Shown in pieces: positions 1 to 10,769 of a DNA stretch of 32,000 nucleotides. A program made the position numbers and the translations under genes. Under the pieces are notes generated by a model. The model ran no database searches, was not told the DNA's origin, and was given only the letters and a program-made list of their open reading frames with translations. This DNA is from Vibrio alginolyticus NBRC 15630 = ATCC 17749. GTDB lineage: Bacteria; Pseudomonadota; Gammaproteobacteria; Enterobacterales; Vibrionaceae. Each line of letters opens with the position of its first letter. Position 1 is the first letter of the stretch. The stretch is taken from positions 360,001 to 392,000 of the forward strand of contig NC_022349.1 of assembly GCF_000354175.2 (NCBI RefSeq), written 5' to 3'.

Positions 1-2
1 AA

Positions 3-215
3 GATCAAGTCGCAAAGACCGTCATCGATTTTCATTCCAAAAATGTTGTAGCAGAGAACTTTAATGTCTCTGATTTTACTAATATTGTTCTACTTGCTGG
101 GCCACATCAGCCAGTCACATTCTCTGACGGCATTATTGAGACAGAGGGGCGATTTATTGATGATATTCGTTATGCCATCGCATCTGCAGGTGATAAGCCA
201 AGCCTATCTATATAG
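3..215 (+). CDS. 3' end of an unidentified protein-coding gene (5' part outside window)
   Basis: Frame 3 is open from the window edge to TAG 213-215 (70 codons, DQVAKTVIDFHSKN...DDIRYAIASAGDKPSLSI*). No family recognised. Confidence 0.35.
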   Translation, partial: DQVAKTVIDFHSKNVVAENFNVSDFTNIVLLAGPHQPVTFSDGIIETEGRFIDDIRYAIASAGDKPSLSI

Positions 216-393
216 ATTTTGAGCCTTTTTTGAAGAGAGTTTCTGAAAGGGCGTTGCAAAAGAAAAAGCCTAAGACAGCAAATACTTTGTAAGTAGGGCA
301 TTCAGCGGTGTTTGCTCTTAATTCAGACTTAAAGTGTTTTGGGCTTATTTCGAATAATACCTGTTCAGTATCTACTTTCGTCATTTTTAACAT
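208..393 (-). CDS. hypothetical small protein (61 aa, MLKMTKVDTEQVLFEISPKHF...)
   Basis: This is part of track ORF 208..426. The internal ATG at 393 is preceded by AAGGAAATCAGC. The 3' end overlaps the convergent upstream CDS by 8 nt. It contains rare codons (ATA, AGA) and I recognise no family. Confidence 0.2.
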   Translation of the reverse strand: MLKMTKVDTEQVLFEISPKHFKSELRANTAECPTYKVFAVLGFFFCNALSETLFKKGSKSI

Positions 394-558
394 GCTGATT
401 TCCTTCGTTGTTCCTCCCAAAGCCACTCTCGCTTCCTCTACAAAGAAACCATTCTCGTTGAACCAAGCATCCTGTAGCTACTTGGGTATGCATAATTGGT
501 AGCTATTTATCTTCTAATTATAAATTCATACTTGAAATGTTTGTTTTTTGATCTATTA

Positions 559-588
559 TGACGAAGTGTCATTCATGACGGTTCGTCA
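559..588. promoter_or_regulatory. tandem palindromes TGACGAAGTGTCA (559-571) and TGACGGTTCGTCA (576-588); putative TetR operator pair upstream of the TetR gene
   Basis: Both are 13-bp inverted repeats of the form TGAC(G)-N-(C)GTCA with centres 17 bp apart. The same motif recurs at 1505-1517 and 1673-1685. Confidence 0.5.
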
Positions 589-662
589 ACTTTAGTTGCG
601 TTCCTGTATTAAAGAATCGTGTTACAATTATGGGAGTGTGTTGGTATACGGATCAAAGGATT

Positions 663-1451
663 ATGTTTAACTTTCGCTGTAAAAAATATAGCAAGCAAGA
701 CGGATGTCGCGTGTCTTCAGGGCTAACAAAAAAGCAACAGGCGATTGCTGATCGTGAGATAGAGCTTATTCAATTGGCTAAGTCTTTAGTTCAAGAGCAA
801 GGCTTTGCCAACTTAACGATGGACAAGCTTACAGCGTCAAGCCCTTATTCTAAAGGGACGATCTACAATCATTTTTGCAGCAAAGAAGATGTGATTCTTG
901 CGCTTTGTATTCATTCGCTGAAAAGCGAAGCAATATTTTTCGAACGTACCGCCAAATTTAATGGCAATACCAGAGAAAAAATCATTGCGATGCATGTAGG
1001 TTATCGTATTTACGCTCGTATGGAGCCAGTACTATCAACCTGTGCGATTGTTGCAAAGACGCCTTGGGTTCTAGAGAAGGCTTCGCCTAAACGTGTGAAT
1101 GAACTGAATAACTTGGAAGAACAAGTAATAGATGGTGCTGATGCGCTAGTGAACAATGCGGTAGAATGTGGTGATCTTAAGTTTTCTCCCGCAATAGGTT
1201 CTGATGCTATTGTATTCGCCAACTGGTCTATTGCATTCGGTTCAAACGCTTTGGCGCAAAATGCATCGAACAGTCGATGTATTCAGCGAATTCAAGACCC
1301 ATTCTCAGTACTGCACAACGCGAATATGTTACTTGATGGTTTAGGTTGGTCGCCTTTATCTACAGAATGGGACTACCGTAAAACCTGGCGTCGAGTGGAG
1401 CAGGAGTTATTTAGTGAAGAGCTTGCTTATTTAGAGTCAGTGAATCGCTAA
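663..1451 (+). CDS. TetR/AcrR family transcriptional regulator
   Basis: The N-terminal TetR-type HTH reads LTMDKLTASSPYSKGTIYNHFCSKEDV. The start is uncertain: ATG 630 has no SD, ATG 663 follows AAAGGA with short spacing, and GTG 711 is also possible. The stop at 1451 is firm. Confidence 0.85.
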   Translation: MFNFRCKKYSKQDGCRVSSGLTKKQQAIADREIELIQLAKSLVQEQGFANLTMDKLTASSPYSKGTIYNHFCSKEDVILALCIHSLKSEAIFFERTAKFNGNTREKIIAMHVGYRIYARMEPVLSTCAIVAKTPWVLEKASPKRVNELNNLEEQVIDGADALVNNAVECGDLKFSPAIGSDAIVFANWSIAFGSNALAQNASNSRCIQRIQDPFSVLHNANMLLDGLGWSPLSTEWDYRKTWRRVEQELFSEELAYLESVNR

Positions 1452-1460
1452 TAAACTGGA

Positions 1461-1492
1461 AAGGCCAATCTGACGTTATGGTTGGCTTTTTT
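1461..1492 (+). terminator. Rho-independent terminator after the TetR gene
   Basis: Stem GGCCAA/TTGGCT (one G-T pair) with a 13-nt loop, followed by a T-run at 1487-1492, 10 nt after the stop codon. Confidence 0.55.
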
Positions 1493-1504
1493 ATCGCACT
1501 ATTG

Positions 1505-1517
1505 TGACGAATCGTCA
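1505..1517. promoter_or_regulatory. perfect 13-bp palindrome TGACGAATCGTCA (putative TetR operator)
   Basis: Perfect inverted repeat directly after the TetR terminator, in the promoter region of the RND operon. Confidence 0.5.
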
Positions 1518-1672
1518 TTAAATCTCGAAGGTTGGCGTTCAGCCAATGATCACGAGAAGCATAGGAAGTTACTAAAAACTAACTTATGTAGCCAAATTCA
1601 TTCGATCTAAAGTTTGCATGTCGAGTTTGTCTGGTTATTTACAGCATTTGCTGTTTTTTTAGTTTTTAAATT

Positions 1673-1685
1673 TGACGAAACGTCA
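1673..1685. promoter_or_regulatory. palindrome TGACGAAACGTCA (putative TetR operator) abutting the RND gene SD
   Basis: The motif ends 4 nt before the SD (AAAGGAGAG) and 15 nt before ATG 1701. Confidence 0.5.
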
Positions 1686-1700
1686 CAAAAGGAGAGTGTG

Positions 1701-4079
1701 ATGCCACATCACAACGTTCAACAATACGCCCGTTCAGGGTGGGGTAAGCTACCAACGAATTACAGTGTATTGGTGATGCTTGCTACCGTTTTATTGATTG
1801 TCATAGCAACTATTGGAGGAAAAAATCTTTACTTTAGAGGAGATTACGACATCTTCTTTGATGGAACAAATGAGCAGTTACTTGCGTTTGATGAAATTCA
1901 AACCACCTTTGCAAAATCTGACAGTCTTGCTTTGGTTATAGCGCCAAAGAGCGGCACTGTTTTTACTCCTAGCACATTATCTCTTATTCAGCAGATCACT
2001 GACGAGGCGTGGCAAGTTCCATACTCCACCCGCGTTGATTCCCTCGCCAACTACCAGCATACCGAAGCGTTTGAAGATGATCTTCTTGTCGAAGATTTAC
2101 TGTATAGCGAATATGAATTGACACCTCAACGAATAGAGAAAGTCAAAAGTATTGCGTTGAGTGAGCCGGTTTTGAAAAGTTCACTGATTTCTGAAAAAGG
2201 AGATGTCACGGTCGTAAACGTTACGGTCCAACTCCCTGAAATAGATAAAACTGCTGAAGTACAAGAGGTGGTTGCTTACATAAACGGAATGATTGAGCGT
2301 TATCAGCAAGTGTACCCAGACACGGAATTCCACAAGGCTGGTATTATTGCAATGAACTACGCGTTTATGACCGCAGCCCAAGATGATAGCGCAACATTAG
2401 TGCCAACTATGTTACTAGTGATATTGGTGTTTCTGACCATCATGTTGCGCTCATTGCTTAGCGTCATCGCGACGCTCATCGTTATTATCGGCTCGGTTAT
2501 GGTTACAATGGGCTTGTCAGGATGGGCTGGTATGTTCTTAAGCACGGCGACCGTTAATGTGCCTACCTTGGTGATGACGCTTGCCGTCGCAGACTGTGTA
2601 CACATCATCGCGACAATGCGTCAGTCTATGCAAAACGGCTTTAGTAAAGCCCACTCTATTGAGCGAAGTATTGCGCTCAATTTCATGCCTATCTTGATTA
2701 CCTCCATTACCACCGCGATCGGCTTTTTAATGATGAATATGTCGGATTCTCCAATCCTGAGAGATTTCGGCAACCTATCAGCCCTTGGCGTCATGGTTGC
2801 TTGTTTCCTTTCCATCACGTTACTTCCCGCCTTGCTTAATATCCTTCCGATTACGGTGAAGTTGGATACTTCTGATGAAAGAAAGCACTTTATGGATCAT
2901 TTAGGAGATTTCGTGGTGTCAAAGCGACATGCGTTATTGCCGTTGTCGGTGCTTGTTATTGTCGCGAGTGCGAGCTTGATTCCGCTGAACAAAGTCAATG
3001 ATGAATCCGTCGAGTACTTTGGCCATAGCAATGAATTTCGCCGAGCGGCTGATTTTATGGAAGAGCGAATCAGTGGCATGGCGAACATCAGTATCGCGAT
3101 AAAAACTAACGAATCGCAGGGCATTGCCGATCCTAATTTTCTCAATTCCGTGGGTAAATTTACTGACTGGCTAAGGTTGCAGCCAGAAACGGACCATGTT
3201 GCGACCTTGAGCGATGTTTATAAGCGCCTAAACAAGAACATGCATGGAGATGATCAGGCTTATTACTCGCTCCCTCAAGACAGAGAATTAGCGGCTCAAT
3301 ATCTGCTGCTTTACGAAATGTCACTACCGTATGGTTTAGATTTGAACAACCAAATCAATGTAGATAAGTCGTCGATCAAGATGGTTCTCACCGTGGAGAA
3401 CTTGGGCAGCGTCGAGCTTGTTGATTTGGAAAATCGTATTTACCAATGGTTTAACGAAAACGCGCCTCAATATGATGTTGTTGCGTCTAGTCCTTCACTG
3501 ATGTTTGCGCATATTGGTGAAACGAATATGGCTAGCATGCTGTCAACCTTGCCCATTACTCTTGTCTTAATCTCTGCATTACTGATCTTTGCCTTGCGTT
3601 CGTTCAAGCTTGGCTTAATTAGTCTTGTCCCGAATATTGCTCCTGCGCTTATTGGTTTTGGTATTTGGGCGCTGGTTTCTGGCGAGATTAACTTGGGATT
3701 GTCTGTCGTTGTGACATTAACGCTTGGTGTTGTTGTTGATGACGCCGTTCACTTTCTTTCTAAATATCAACACGCTCGTAAAGATGGCCACAGTGCGGAG
3801 CAAGCGGTTCGCTACGCCTTTCGTACCGTGGGGCGCGCACTTTGGATTACGACGGTCGTGCTTGTTGCTGGTTTCTCTGTTCTGGCGATGTCGAGCTTCC
3901 GCTTAAATGCCGATATGGGACAGCTGAGTGCCATTGTCATCTTTATTGCCCTTGTTGTGGATTTCATCCTCCTACCGACTCTACTGATGTTGTTTGACAA
4001 AGGCGTTTACGACGAGGTGGAGCGCCGAAATAAGCTTAAATCAACTGACTCTCAAACCAAGACTGTTACTCAGTCATAA
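1701..4079 (+). CDS. RND-superfamily exporter, MMPL/HpnN-like (12 TM, two large periplasmic loops)
   Basis: In-frame ATG 1701 has a strong SD (AAAGGAGAG); the track start 1614 is a TTG extension. There are two 6-TM bundles with MMPL-type motifs (TLAVADCVHII; LGVVVDDAVHFLSKY). Length is 792 aa. Confidence 0.85.
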   Translation: MPHHNVQQYARSGWGKLPTNYSVLVMLATVLLIVIATIGGKNLYFRGDYDIFFDGTNEQLLAFDEIQTTFAKSDSLALVIAPKSGTVFTPSTLSLIQQITDEAWQVPYSTRVDSLANYQHTEAFEDDLLVEDLLYSEYELTPQRIEKVKSIALSEPVLKSSLISEKGDVTVVNVTVQLPEIDKTAEVQEVVAYINGMIERYQQVYPDTEFHKAGIIAMNYAFMTAAQDDSATLVPTMLLVILVFLTIMLRSLLSVIATLIVIIGSVMVTMGLSGWAGMFLSTATVNVPTLVMTLAVADCVHIIATMRQSMQNGFSKAHSIERSIALNFMPILITSITTAIGFLMMNMSDSPILRDFGNLSALGVMVACFLSITLLPALLNILPITVKLDTSDERKHFMDHLGDFVVSKRHALLPLSVLVIVASASLIPLNKVNDESVEYFGHSNEFRRAADFMEERISGMANISIAIKTNESQGIADPNFLNSVGKFTDWLRLQPETDHVATLSDVYKRLNKNMHGDDQAYYSLPQDRELAAQYLLLYEMSLPYGLDLNNQINVDKSSIKMVLTVENLGSVELVDLENRIYQWFNENAPQYDVVASSPSLMFAHIGETNMASMLSTLPITLVLISALLIFALRSFKLGLISLVPNIAPALIGFGIWALVSGEINLGLSVVVTLTLGVVVDDAVHFLSKYQHARKDGHSAEQAVRYAFRTVGRALWITTVVLVAGFSVLAMSSFRLNADMGQLSAIVIFIALVVDFILLPTLLMLFDKGVYDEVERRNKLKSTDSQTKTVTQS

Positions 4080-4097
4080 CGAATTAAAGGATCGAAC

Positions 4098-4889
4098 ATG
4101 AATTTAGTAAAAAATGCCTTAAAAGTATCAGTACTTTCTGTCTCGCTTATTATGAGTCATGCGGTGTTGGCGGATGAAGCCAAAGGACTAGAAATTGCCC
4201 AAGAGCGCAAAGCCCGTGATGAAGGGTGGGGGGATTCTGTTGCTACGATGCAAATGATTCTTCGAAACGCGCAAGGAGAAAGCAGCACACGTTTAATGCG
4301 CTTACAATCACTCGAAGTTGATGGCGATGGTGACAAAGGGCTCACGATATTTGATGAACCGAGAGATGTAAAAGGCACGGCGTTTCTTAACCATTCTCAT
4401 ACGGTGGGTGCCGATGACCAATGGCTTTACCTTCCTGCACTGAAACGTGTGAAACGTATTTCCTCGCGTAACAAATCAGGTCCTTTTATGGGCAGTGAAT
4501 TCGCGTATGAGGATCTCAGTTCCTTTGAGATTGAAAAATACCGTTTCAACTACCTAAAAGATGACAGCATAAACGGGCAAGATGTTTTCGTCGTAGAGCA
4601 AATTCCGACCGATAAGAACTCAGGTTATACCAAGCAAACGGTGTGGTTAGGTAAAGCGCATTATCGTCCACTTAAAGTTGAGTTTTACGACCGCAAAGGC
4701 TCTTTGTTAAAAACGCTTTCTTTTTCCGATTACAAGCAATATCTCAACCAATATTGGCGCGCGCACACTATGGCGATGACAAACCATCAAACAGGAAAAA
4801 GTACTGAGCTAACGACTAGCGAAATGCGTTTTAACACTGGATTACAAGACAATGACTTTCATAAGAATGTGTTGAAGCGAGTGAGGTAG
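4098..4889 (+). CDS. exported LolA-like protein (outer-membrane lipoprotein-sorting protein family)
   Basis: Signal peptide is ...LIMSHAVLA/DE. The segment WLYLPALKRVKRISSRNKSGPFMGSEFAYEDL matches my recollection of the LolA_like family signature. It has an SD (AAAGGA) and starts 18 nt after the RND stop. Confidence 0.7.
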   Translation: MNLVKNALKVSVLSVSLIMSHAVLADEAKGLEIAQERKARDEGWGDSVATMQMILRNAQGESSTRLMRLQSLEVDGDGDKGLTIFDEPRDVKGTAFLNHSHTVGADDQWLYLPALKRVKRISSRNKSGPFMGSEFAYEDLSSFEIEKYRFNYLKDDSINGQDVFVVEQIPTDKNSGYTKQTVWLGKAHYRPLKVEFYDRKGSLLKTLSFSDYKQYLNQYWRAHTMAMTNHQTGKSTELTTSEMRFNTGLQDNDFHKNVLKRVR

Positions 4890-4899
4890 TGGAGGAAAA

Positions 4900-6075
4900 A
4901 TGAAGCGATTAAATGTTGGGTTGTTGTTTAGTGCAGCAGCTTTTTTTTACTCGATGCCTCTGACTGCCGTCGAGCTCGCAGGACAAGTCAATATTGAGCA
5001 TCGTCAGTTTTTTGAAACGGGCTCTCAGGGTCAGAGCAAAGCGCAAACGTCATTGGTTTTGCAGCCAGAATTTTACTGGGAGATGCAAAATGGTGATGCA
5101 AACTTTACTTTCACACCTTTCTATCGTCTGGATGGTCTAGACGATGAGCGAAGTCATGGTGACATACGAGAGGCACTTTATCTGACTTATTGGGATGATT
5201 ATGAGCTTCGAGTTGGGATTAGTAAGGTCTTTTGGGGAGTGACTGAATCAGCCCATTTAGTTGATGTAGTAAACCAAACAGATGCCATTGAAGCCGTCGA
5301 TGGTGAAGATAAACTCGGTCAGCCGATGTTACATTTTACCTCTTTCAAAGACTGGGGCACCGTCCACGCAATGTTGTTACCTTACTTTAGGGAACGAACG
5401 TTTGCGGGTACAGATGGCCGCTTGAGAACCGACCCCGTTGTCTCTGATGATGCTATCTATGAATCAAGCAGAGAAGAGAAGCACGTAGATGTGGCTTTTC
5501 GATATTCGAAAATGCTTGGCGATTGGGACGTAGGCCTAAGCTATTTATATGGAACAAACCGGGATCCTTACTTTCGTTTAGAGTACGGAGAATTAAAGCC
5601 TTACTACGCTCTGATGAGTCATGTCGGTCTCGATGTGCAAGGAATTGTTGGCGATTGGTTATGGAAACTAGAAAGTGTTTATCGAGATAGCGCTGATAAT
5701 CATGTCGGTCTTGTGACGGGTTTTGAGTATACCTTCGTCGGTGCATTTGACACGGTTTGGGATGTGGGGGTTATTGGTGAGTACCTCTATGACAGTCGTG
5801 GAAACAACGCACAAACTATCGGTCAAAATGATGTGTTTGCAGGTATTCGTTGGGCGCTCAATGATGAGGACGGAACGGAAGTATTGACGGGAATCACGAA
5901 GGATTTAGATAATGCTGATGTTTACAATGCTAAGTTAGAGGCGTCGAGCCGAATATCGAATCACGTTAAGTGGCAAATTGATGCTTGGTTGTTTAAAAAT
6001 GAAACACCAAATGATTTGCTCTACTTCGCTAGAGATGACGATTTTATCGAGCTATCTATTCAATACTATTTCTAA
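4900..6075 (+). CDS. exported protein with outer-membrane beta-barrel hallmarks, family not recognised
   Basis: Signal peptide is ...SMPLTA/VE. The sequence has an alternating hydrophobic beta-strand pattern and a C-terminal ...LSIQYYF aromatic terminus. It has a GGAGG SD and starts 10 nt after the previous stop. Confidence 0.65.
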   Translation: MKRLNVGLLFSAAAFFYSMPLTAVELAGQVNIEHRQFFETGSQGQSKAQTSLVLQPEFYWEMQNGDANFTFTPFYRLDGLDDERSHGDIREALYLTYWDDYELRVGISKVFWGVTESAHLVDVVNQTDAIEAVDGEDKLGQPMLHFTSFKDWGTVHAMLLPYFRERTFAGTDGRLRTDPVVSDDAIYESSREEKHVDVAFRYSKMLGDWDVGLSYLYGTNRDPYFRLEYGELKPYYALMSHVGLDVQGIVGDWLWKLESVYRDSADNHVGLVTGFEYTFVGAFDTVWDVGVIGEYLYDSRGNNAQTIGQNDVFAGIRWALNDEDGTEVLTGITKDLDNADVYNAKLEASSRISNHVKWQIDAWLFKNETPNDLLYFARDDDFIELSIQYYF

Positions 6076-6082
6076 AACAAAA

Positions 6083-6143
6083 GGGCACAACTAAACGGCA
6101 GATTAACTAAAGATGACATTTTTGACGTTTTTGTGCTCTTTTT
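6083..6143 (+). terminator. terminator-like hairpin closing the RND operon
   Basis: GGGCACAA(ct)AAACG pairs with CGTTTTTGTGCTC (13 bp, 2-nt bulge, one G-T pair, 28-nt loop). It is followed by TTTTT (6139-6143) and starts 8 nt after the stop at 6075. Confidence 0.5.
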
Positions 6144-6152
6144 ATTCAATAA

Positions 6153-7250
<1,098 letters not shown>

Positions 7251-7268
7251 TCCAGAGGGTTCATCAAC

Positions 7269-9674
7269 ATGAAATTCAGCGAATCATGGCTTCGTGAGTG
7301 GGTAAACCCTGCGGTTACTACTGACGAGCTAACTCACCAAATTACAATGGCCGGCCTAGAGGTAGACGAGGTTCTTCCTGTTGCTGGTTCTTTTACTGGC
7401 GTTAAAGTCGGTCACGTTGTTGAATGTGGCCAACACCCAGATGCAGACAAACTGCGCGTAACTAAAGTTGACGTGGGTGAAGAAGAGCTTCTAGACATTG
7501 TTTGTGGCGCACCTAACTGTCGCCAAGGTCTGAAAGTAGCAGTCGCAACAGTTGGTGCTGTTCTTCCAGGTGATTTCAAAATCAAAAAAGCGAAACTACG
7601 TGGCCAGCCATCTCACGGCATGCTTTGTTCGTTCACTGAACTAGGTATCGACGTTGAGTCAGACGGCATCATGGAACTAGCAGAAGACGCTGTAATCGGT
7701 ACTGATTTCCGTGAATTCCTAGGTCTAGACGACGTAACAGTAGACGTAGATCTAACAGCAAACCGCGCTGACTGTTTCAGCATTCGTGGTCTAGCTCGTG
7801 AAGTTGGCGTACTAAACCGTGCTGACGTGACTGAGCCATCAGTAGAAGCAGTTGCCCCTTCAATCGACGATAAAGTGTCTATCGAAGTGAAAGCGCCAGC
7901 TGCGTGTCCTCGTTACCTAGGTCGTGTTATTAAGAACGTAAACGTTCAAGCTGAAACGCCACTATGGATGCAAGAGAAACTGCGTCGTTGTGGTATTCGC
8001 TCTATCGACCCTGTAGTAGACATCACTAACTACGTTCTTCTAGAGCAAGGCCAACCAATGCACGCATTCGATCTAGCGAAGATCGAAGGTGGCATCGTAG
8101 TTCGTATGGCAGAGCAAGGTGAGAAGCTAACGCTTCTTGACGGCAACGAAGCAGAACTAAACGCAGATACACTAGTAGTTGCTGACCACAACAAAGCACT
8201 TGCAATCGCAGGTATCTTTGGTGGTGAAGAGTCTGGTGTAACAACTGAGACTAAAGACGTTCTACTAGAGTGTGCATTCTTTGCACCTGACCACATCCGT
8301 GGTCGCGCACGCAGCTACGGTCTGCACACTGACTCTTCAATGCGTTTCGAGCGTGGTGTGGATTACGCACTACAAGTGAGCGCAATGGAGCGTGCAACAC
8401 AGCTTCTTGTTGAAATTTGTGGCGGTGAAGTAGCACCTGTTGTTGCAGTAGAGTCTGAAGCAGACCTACCTAAGCCAAACAAAGTTGCTCTACGTCGTAC
8501 TAAGCTAGACAACCTGCTAGGTCACCACATTGCAGATAGCGACGTAGTAGAAATCCTAGAGCGTCTAGGTTTGACTGTTGAAGCTTCAGAAGAAGGTTGG
8601 ATGGCAGTAGCGCCAACATGGCGTTTCGATATCGCTATCGAGCAAGACCTGATTGAAGAAGTTGGCCGTATCTACGGTTATGACAACATTCCTAACCAAC
8701 ACCCAGCAGCAGCACTTAAGATGCACAACCACGTTGAAGCGGATCTTCCACTGAAACGCGTTCGTGATCTTCTTGTTGACCGTGGTTACCACGAAGCAAT
8801 TACATACAGCTTCGTTGAGCCTGAGCAACAAAAGCTAGTTGTACCTGGTGTTGAGCCTCTAGTGCTTCCAAACCCAATTTCTGCAGACATGTCAGCAATG
8901 CGTCTTGGTCTTATCCAAGGTCTGCTGAACACGGTTGTTCACAACCAGAAGCGTCAACAGCCACGCGTTCGTCTATTCGAATACGGCCTACGTTTCATCC
9001 CATGTGAAACTGCAGAAAACGGCATGCGCCAAGAGCCTATGCTTGCAGGTGTTATTGCTGGTACTCGCGGTGAAGAACATTGGGATATCGAAACTAACAC
9101 GGTTGATTTCTTCGACCTTAAGGGCGATCTAGAAGCGATTCTAGAGCTATCTGCGAACGAAAAAGCGTACTCTTTCGCTGCACTGTCACCTGAAAGCAAA
9201 AAAGCTAACCCAGCACTTCACCCAGGTCAATCTGCGGCAATCATCGTAGATGGCAAAGAAGTGGGCGTGATCGGTACCGTTCACCCTGAGCTTGAGCGTA
9301 AGTTCGGTCTAAATGGTCGTACTATCGTATTCGAAATCGAATGGTCTGCAATTAACAGCAAAGTGATCCCAGAAGCGGTAGCACTTTCTAAATTCCCTTC
9401 AAACCGTCGTGATATCGCGGTAGTAGTGGATGAAGCTGTTGCATCTGGTGACATTGTTAACGCTTGTCTAGAGCAAGGTGGCGAGTTCCTTAAAGATGCG
9501 AAACTGTTCGACGTTTACGTAGGTAAAGGCGTTGAAGATGGTAAGAAGAGCCTAGCAATCGCTCTGACTCTACAGTCACTTGAGCGTACGCTTGAAGATG
9601 CAGATATCGCTGGTGCGGTTGACGCTATCGTTGCTCACGTTTCTGAGAAGTTTGGTGCGTCTCTGCGTGACTAA
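7269..9674 (+). CDS. pheT: phenylalanine--tRNA ligase beta subunit
   Basis: 801 aa. The N-terminal tRNA-binding domain begins [14 protein letters not shown]. It sits 18 nt after pheS, is co-linear with PheT, and has the C-terminal ferredoxin-fold anticodon-binding region. Confidence 0.97.
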   Translation: MKFSESWLREWVNPAVTTDELTHQITMAGLEVDEVLPVAGSFTGVKVGHVVECGQHPDADKLRVTKVDVGEEELLDIVCGAPNCRQGLKVAVATVGAVLPGDFKIKKAKLRGQPSHGMLCSFTELGIDVESDGIMELAEDAVIGTDFREFLGLDDVTVDVDLTANRADCFSIRGLAREVGVLNRADVTEPSVEAVAPSIDDKVSIEVKAPAACPRYLGRVIKNVNVQAETPLWMQEKLRRCGIRSIDPVVDITNYVLLEQGQPMHAFDLAKIEGGIVVRMAEQGEKLTLLDGNEAELNADTLVVADHNKALAIAGIFGGEESGVTTETKDVLLECAFFAPDHIRGRARSYGLHTDSSMRFERGVDYALQVSAMERATQLLVEICGGEVAPVVAVESEADLPKPNKVALRRTKLDNLLGHHIADSDVVEILERLGLTVEASEEGWMAVAPTWRFDIAIEQDLIEEVGRIYGYDNIPNQHPAAALKMHNHVEADLPLKRVRDLLVDRGYHEAITYSFVEPEQQKLVVPGVEPLVLPNPISADMSAMRLGLIQGLLNTVVHNQKRQQPRVRLFEYGLRFIPCETAENGMRQEPMLAGVIAGTRGEEHWDIETNTVDFFDLKGDLEAILELSANEKAYSFAALSPESKKANPALHPGQSAAIIVDGKEVGVIGTVHPELERKFGLNGRTIVFEIEWSAINSKVIPEAVALSKFPSNRRDIAVVVDEAVASGDIVNACLEQGGEFLKDAKLFDVYVGKGVEDGKKSLAIALTLQSLERTLEDADIAGAVDAIVAHVSEKFGASLRD

Positions 9675-9703
9675 TCTCGCGTAACGTATCTTCTTAAGAA
9701 ATG

Positions 9704-9732
9704 AAAACCCTGCCAGTTTGGCAGGGTTTTTT
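9704..9732 (+). terminator. Rho-independent terminator after pheT
   Basis: AAAA CCCTGCCA gtt TGGCAGGG TTTTTT: a perfect 8-bp GC-rich stem plus a T6 run. Confidence 0.85.
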
Positions 9733-9887
9733 ATTTTTAGGATTACCTTATCGTTGTTCAAGTTCCTTACTGCTCGCACCATCCCTCATTACTTTAAAAT
9801 ACTAGACCAAACTAGGGATGGCCCTTACCCGAGATTAGGAACGTATTGTTTTTCAGCTAATACACGCTAACGATAGCTTGTTGGCGG

Positions 9888-10769
9888 TTAGGCAGCGAGT
9901 GAGAGGGTATAGCTAAGCAGAAGAGGTAGCGTAAGAATGCTGAAAAAGTTGCCAAATAGTACCATTGACGCCACTTTCATGGGTTCTATATTCAGCCTTT
10001 CCGCAAATAGGTAATTCATGACGGCTGGCGGCAGCATTGTGAAGAGCACCATCATTTGCAATTGCATCGTTGGAAGGGGAATTAACCAATAAATAAGTGC
10101 AAAAGCGACAGCACCAGTTGCCAGTGACTGCACGGTACACAACACACCAATCTTTAAACCGTCCAACCTTAAATGACACATTTGTGCCCCCAGAGATAAA
10201 AGCATCACGGGTACGGCCGCTTGCCCAAGTAGAGCCGTGGCTTCGTATAAAGGCGCCCATGCACCCACATTTGACACGTTGAGAAACAGAGCCAACGACG
10301 CTGCTAAAAAGATTGGCATCTTGACTATTTGCTTAAAAGGGTTGCCATGACTAAGCAACATTACGCCTAAGCTGATATGCAAGCATGCTGACACGACAAA
10401 TAAAAGCACTGCTGACGACAGCGCAATTTCTCCAAACGTATAGGTAAACAAAGGAATAGCTAGATTTCCGCTATTGCGAAACATATGTGGTGGCGCCCAG
10501 GTTTTAAACGAGAGTGACGTCCATCGACATACCGGGATCATGAGTAGTGCGGGAATTAAAACCGCGACAATTGCCGCCAAAAGAAGCGGCCCCTGATTTG
10601 AATCGAGCGGCATGCTAACGAGTGACGAAAATACCAGTGCTGGCGTAAATACCTCAATATTAATGCGGTTTATTGGGCGAAAGTCAGGCTTGATGTAACG
10701 ACCGACCAAATAGCCAACTCCGACAAGAGCAAAAACAGGGAAAAGAATATTTATGATTTGATTAATCAT
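9888..10769 (-). CDS. AEC (auxin efflux carrier) family membrane transporter
   Basis: 293 aa and about 10 TM. The N-terminus MINQIINILFPVFALVGVGYLVGR is typical of the AEC / membrane transport protein family. Confidence 0.8.
   Translation of the reverse strand: MINQIINILFPVFALVGVGYLVGRYIKPDFRPINRINIEVFTPALVFSSLVSMPLDSNQGPLLLAAIVAVLIPALLMIPVCRWTSLSFKTWAPPHMFRNSGNLAIPLFTYTFGEIALSSAVLLFVVSACLHISLGVMLLSHGNPFKQIVKMPIFLAASLALFLNVSNVGAWAPLYEATALLGQAAVPVMLLSLGAQMCHLRLDGLKIGVLCTVQSLATGAVAFALIYWLIPLPTMQLQMMVLFTMLPPAVMNYLFAERLNIEPMKVASMVLFGNFFSILTLPLLLSYTLSLAA

Noticed and set aside
1614-1700. N-terminal extensions offered by the ORF track: RND from TTG 1614, cobU from 23116, the MazG-like gene from 30256, DUF1415 from TTG 30824, the NAD-binding gene from 21152, and tpm from 12739.
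   Set aside because: In each case a downstream ATG has a better SD and/or restores the family-typical N-terminus. Several of the extensions overlap the upstream gene or operator sites.
2181-4000. Antisense and alternate-frame track ORFs inside the RND gene (2181-2381, 2357-2608, 2621-2818, 2897-3145, 3724-3906, 3812-4000).
   Set aside because: All are embedded in a full-length, motif-bearing RND CDS. None has an SD or a recognisable family, and all are low-complexity translations.
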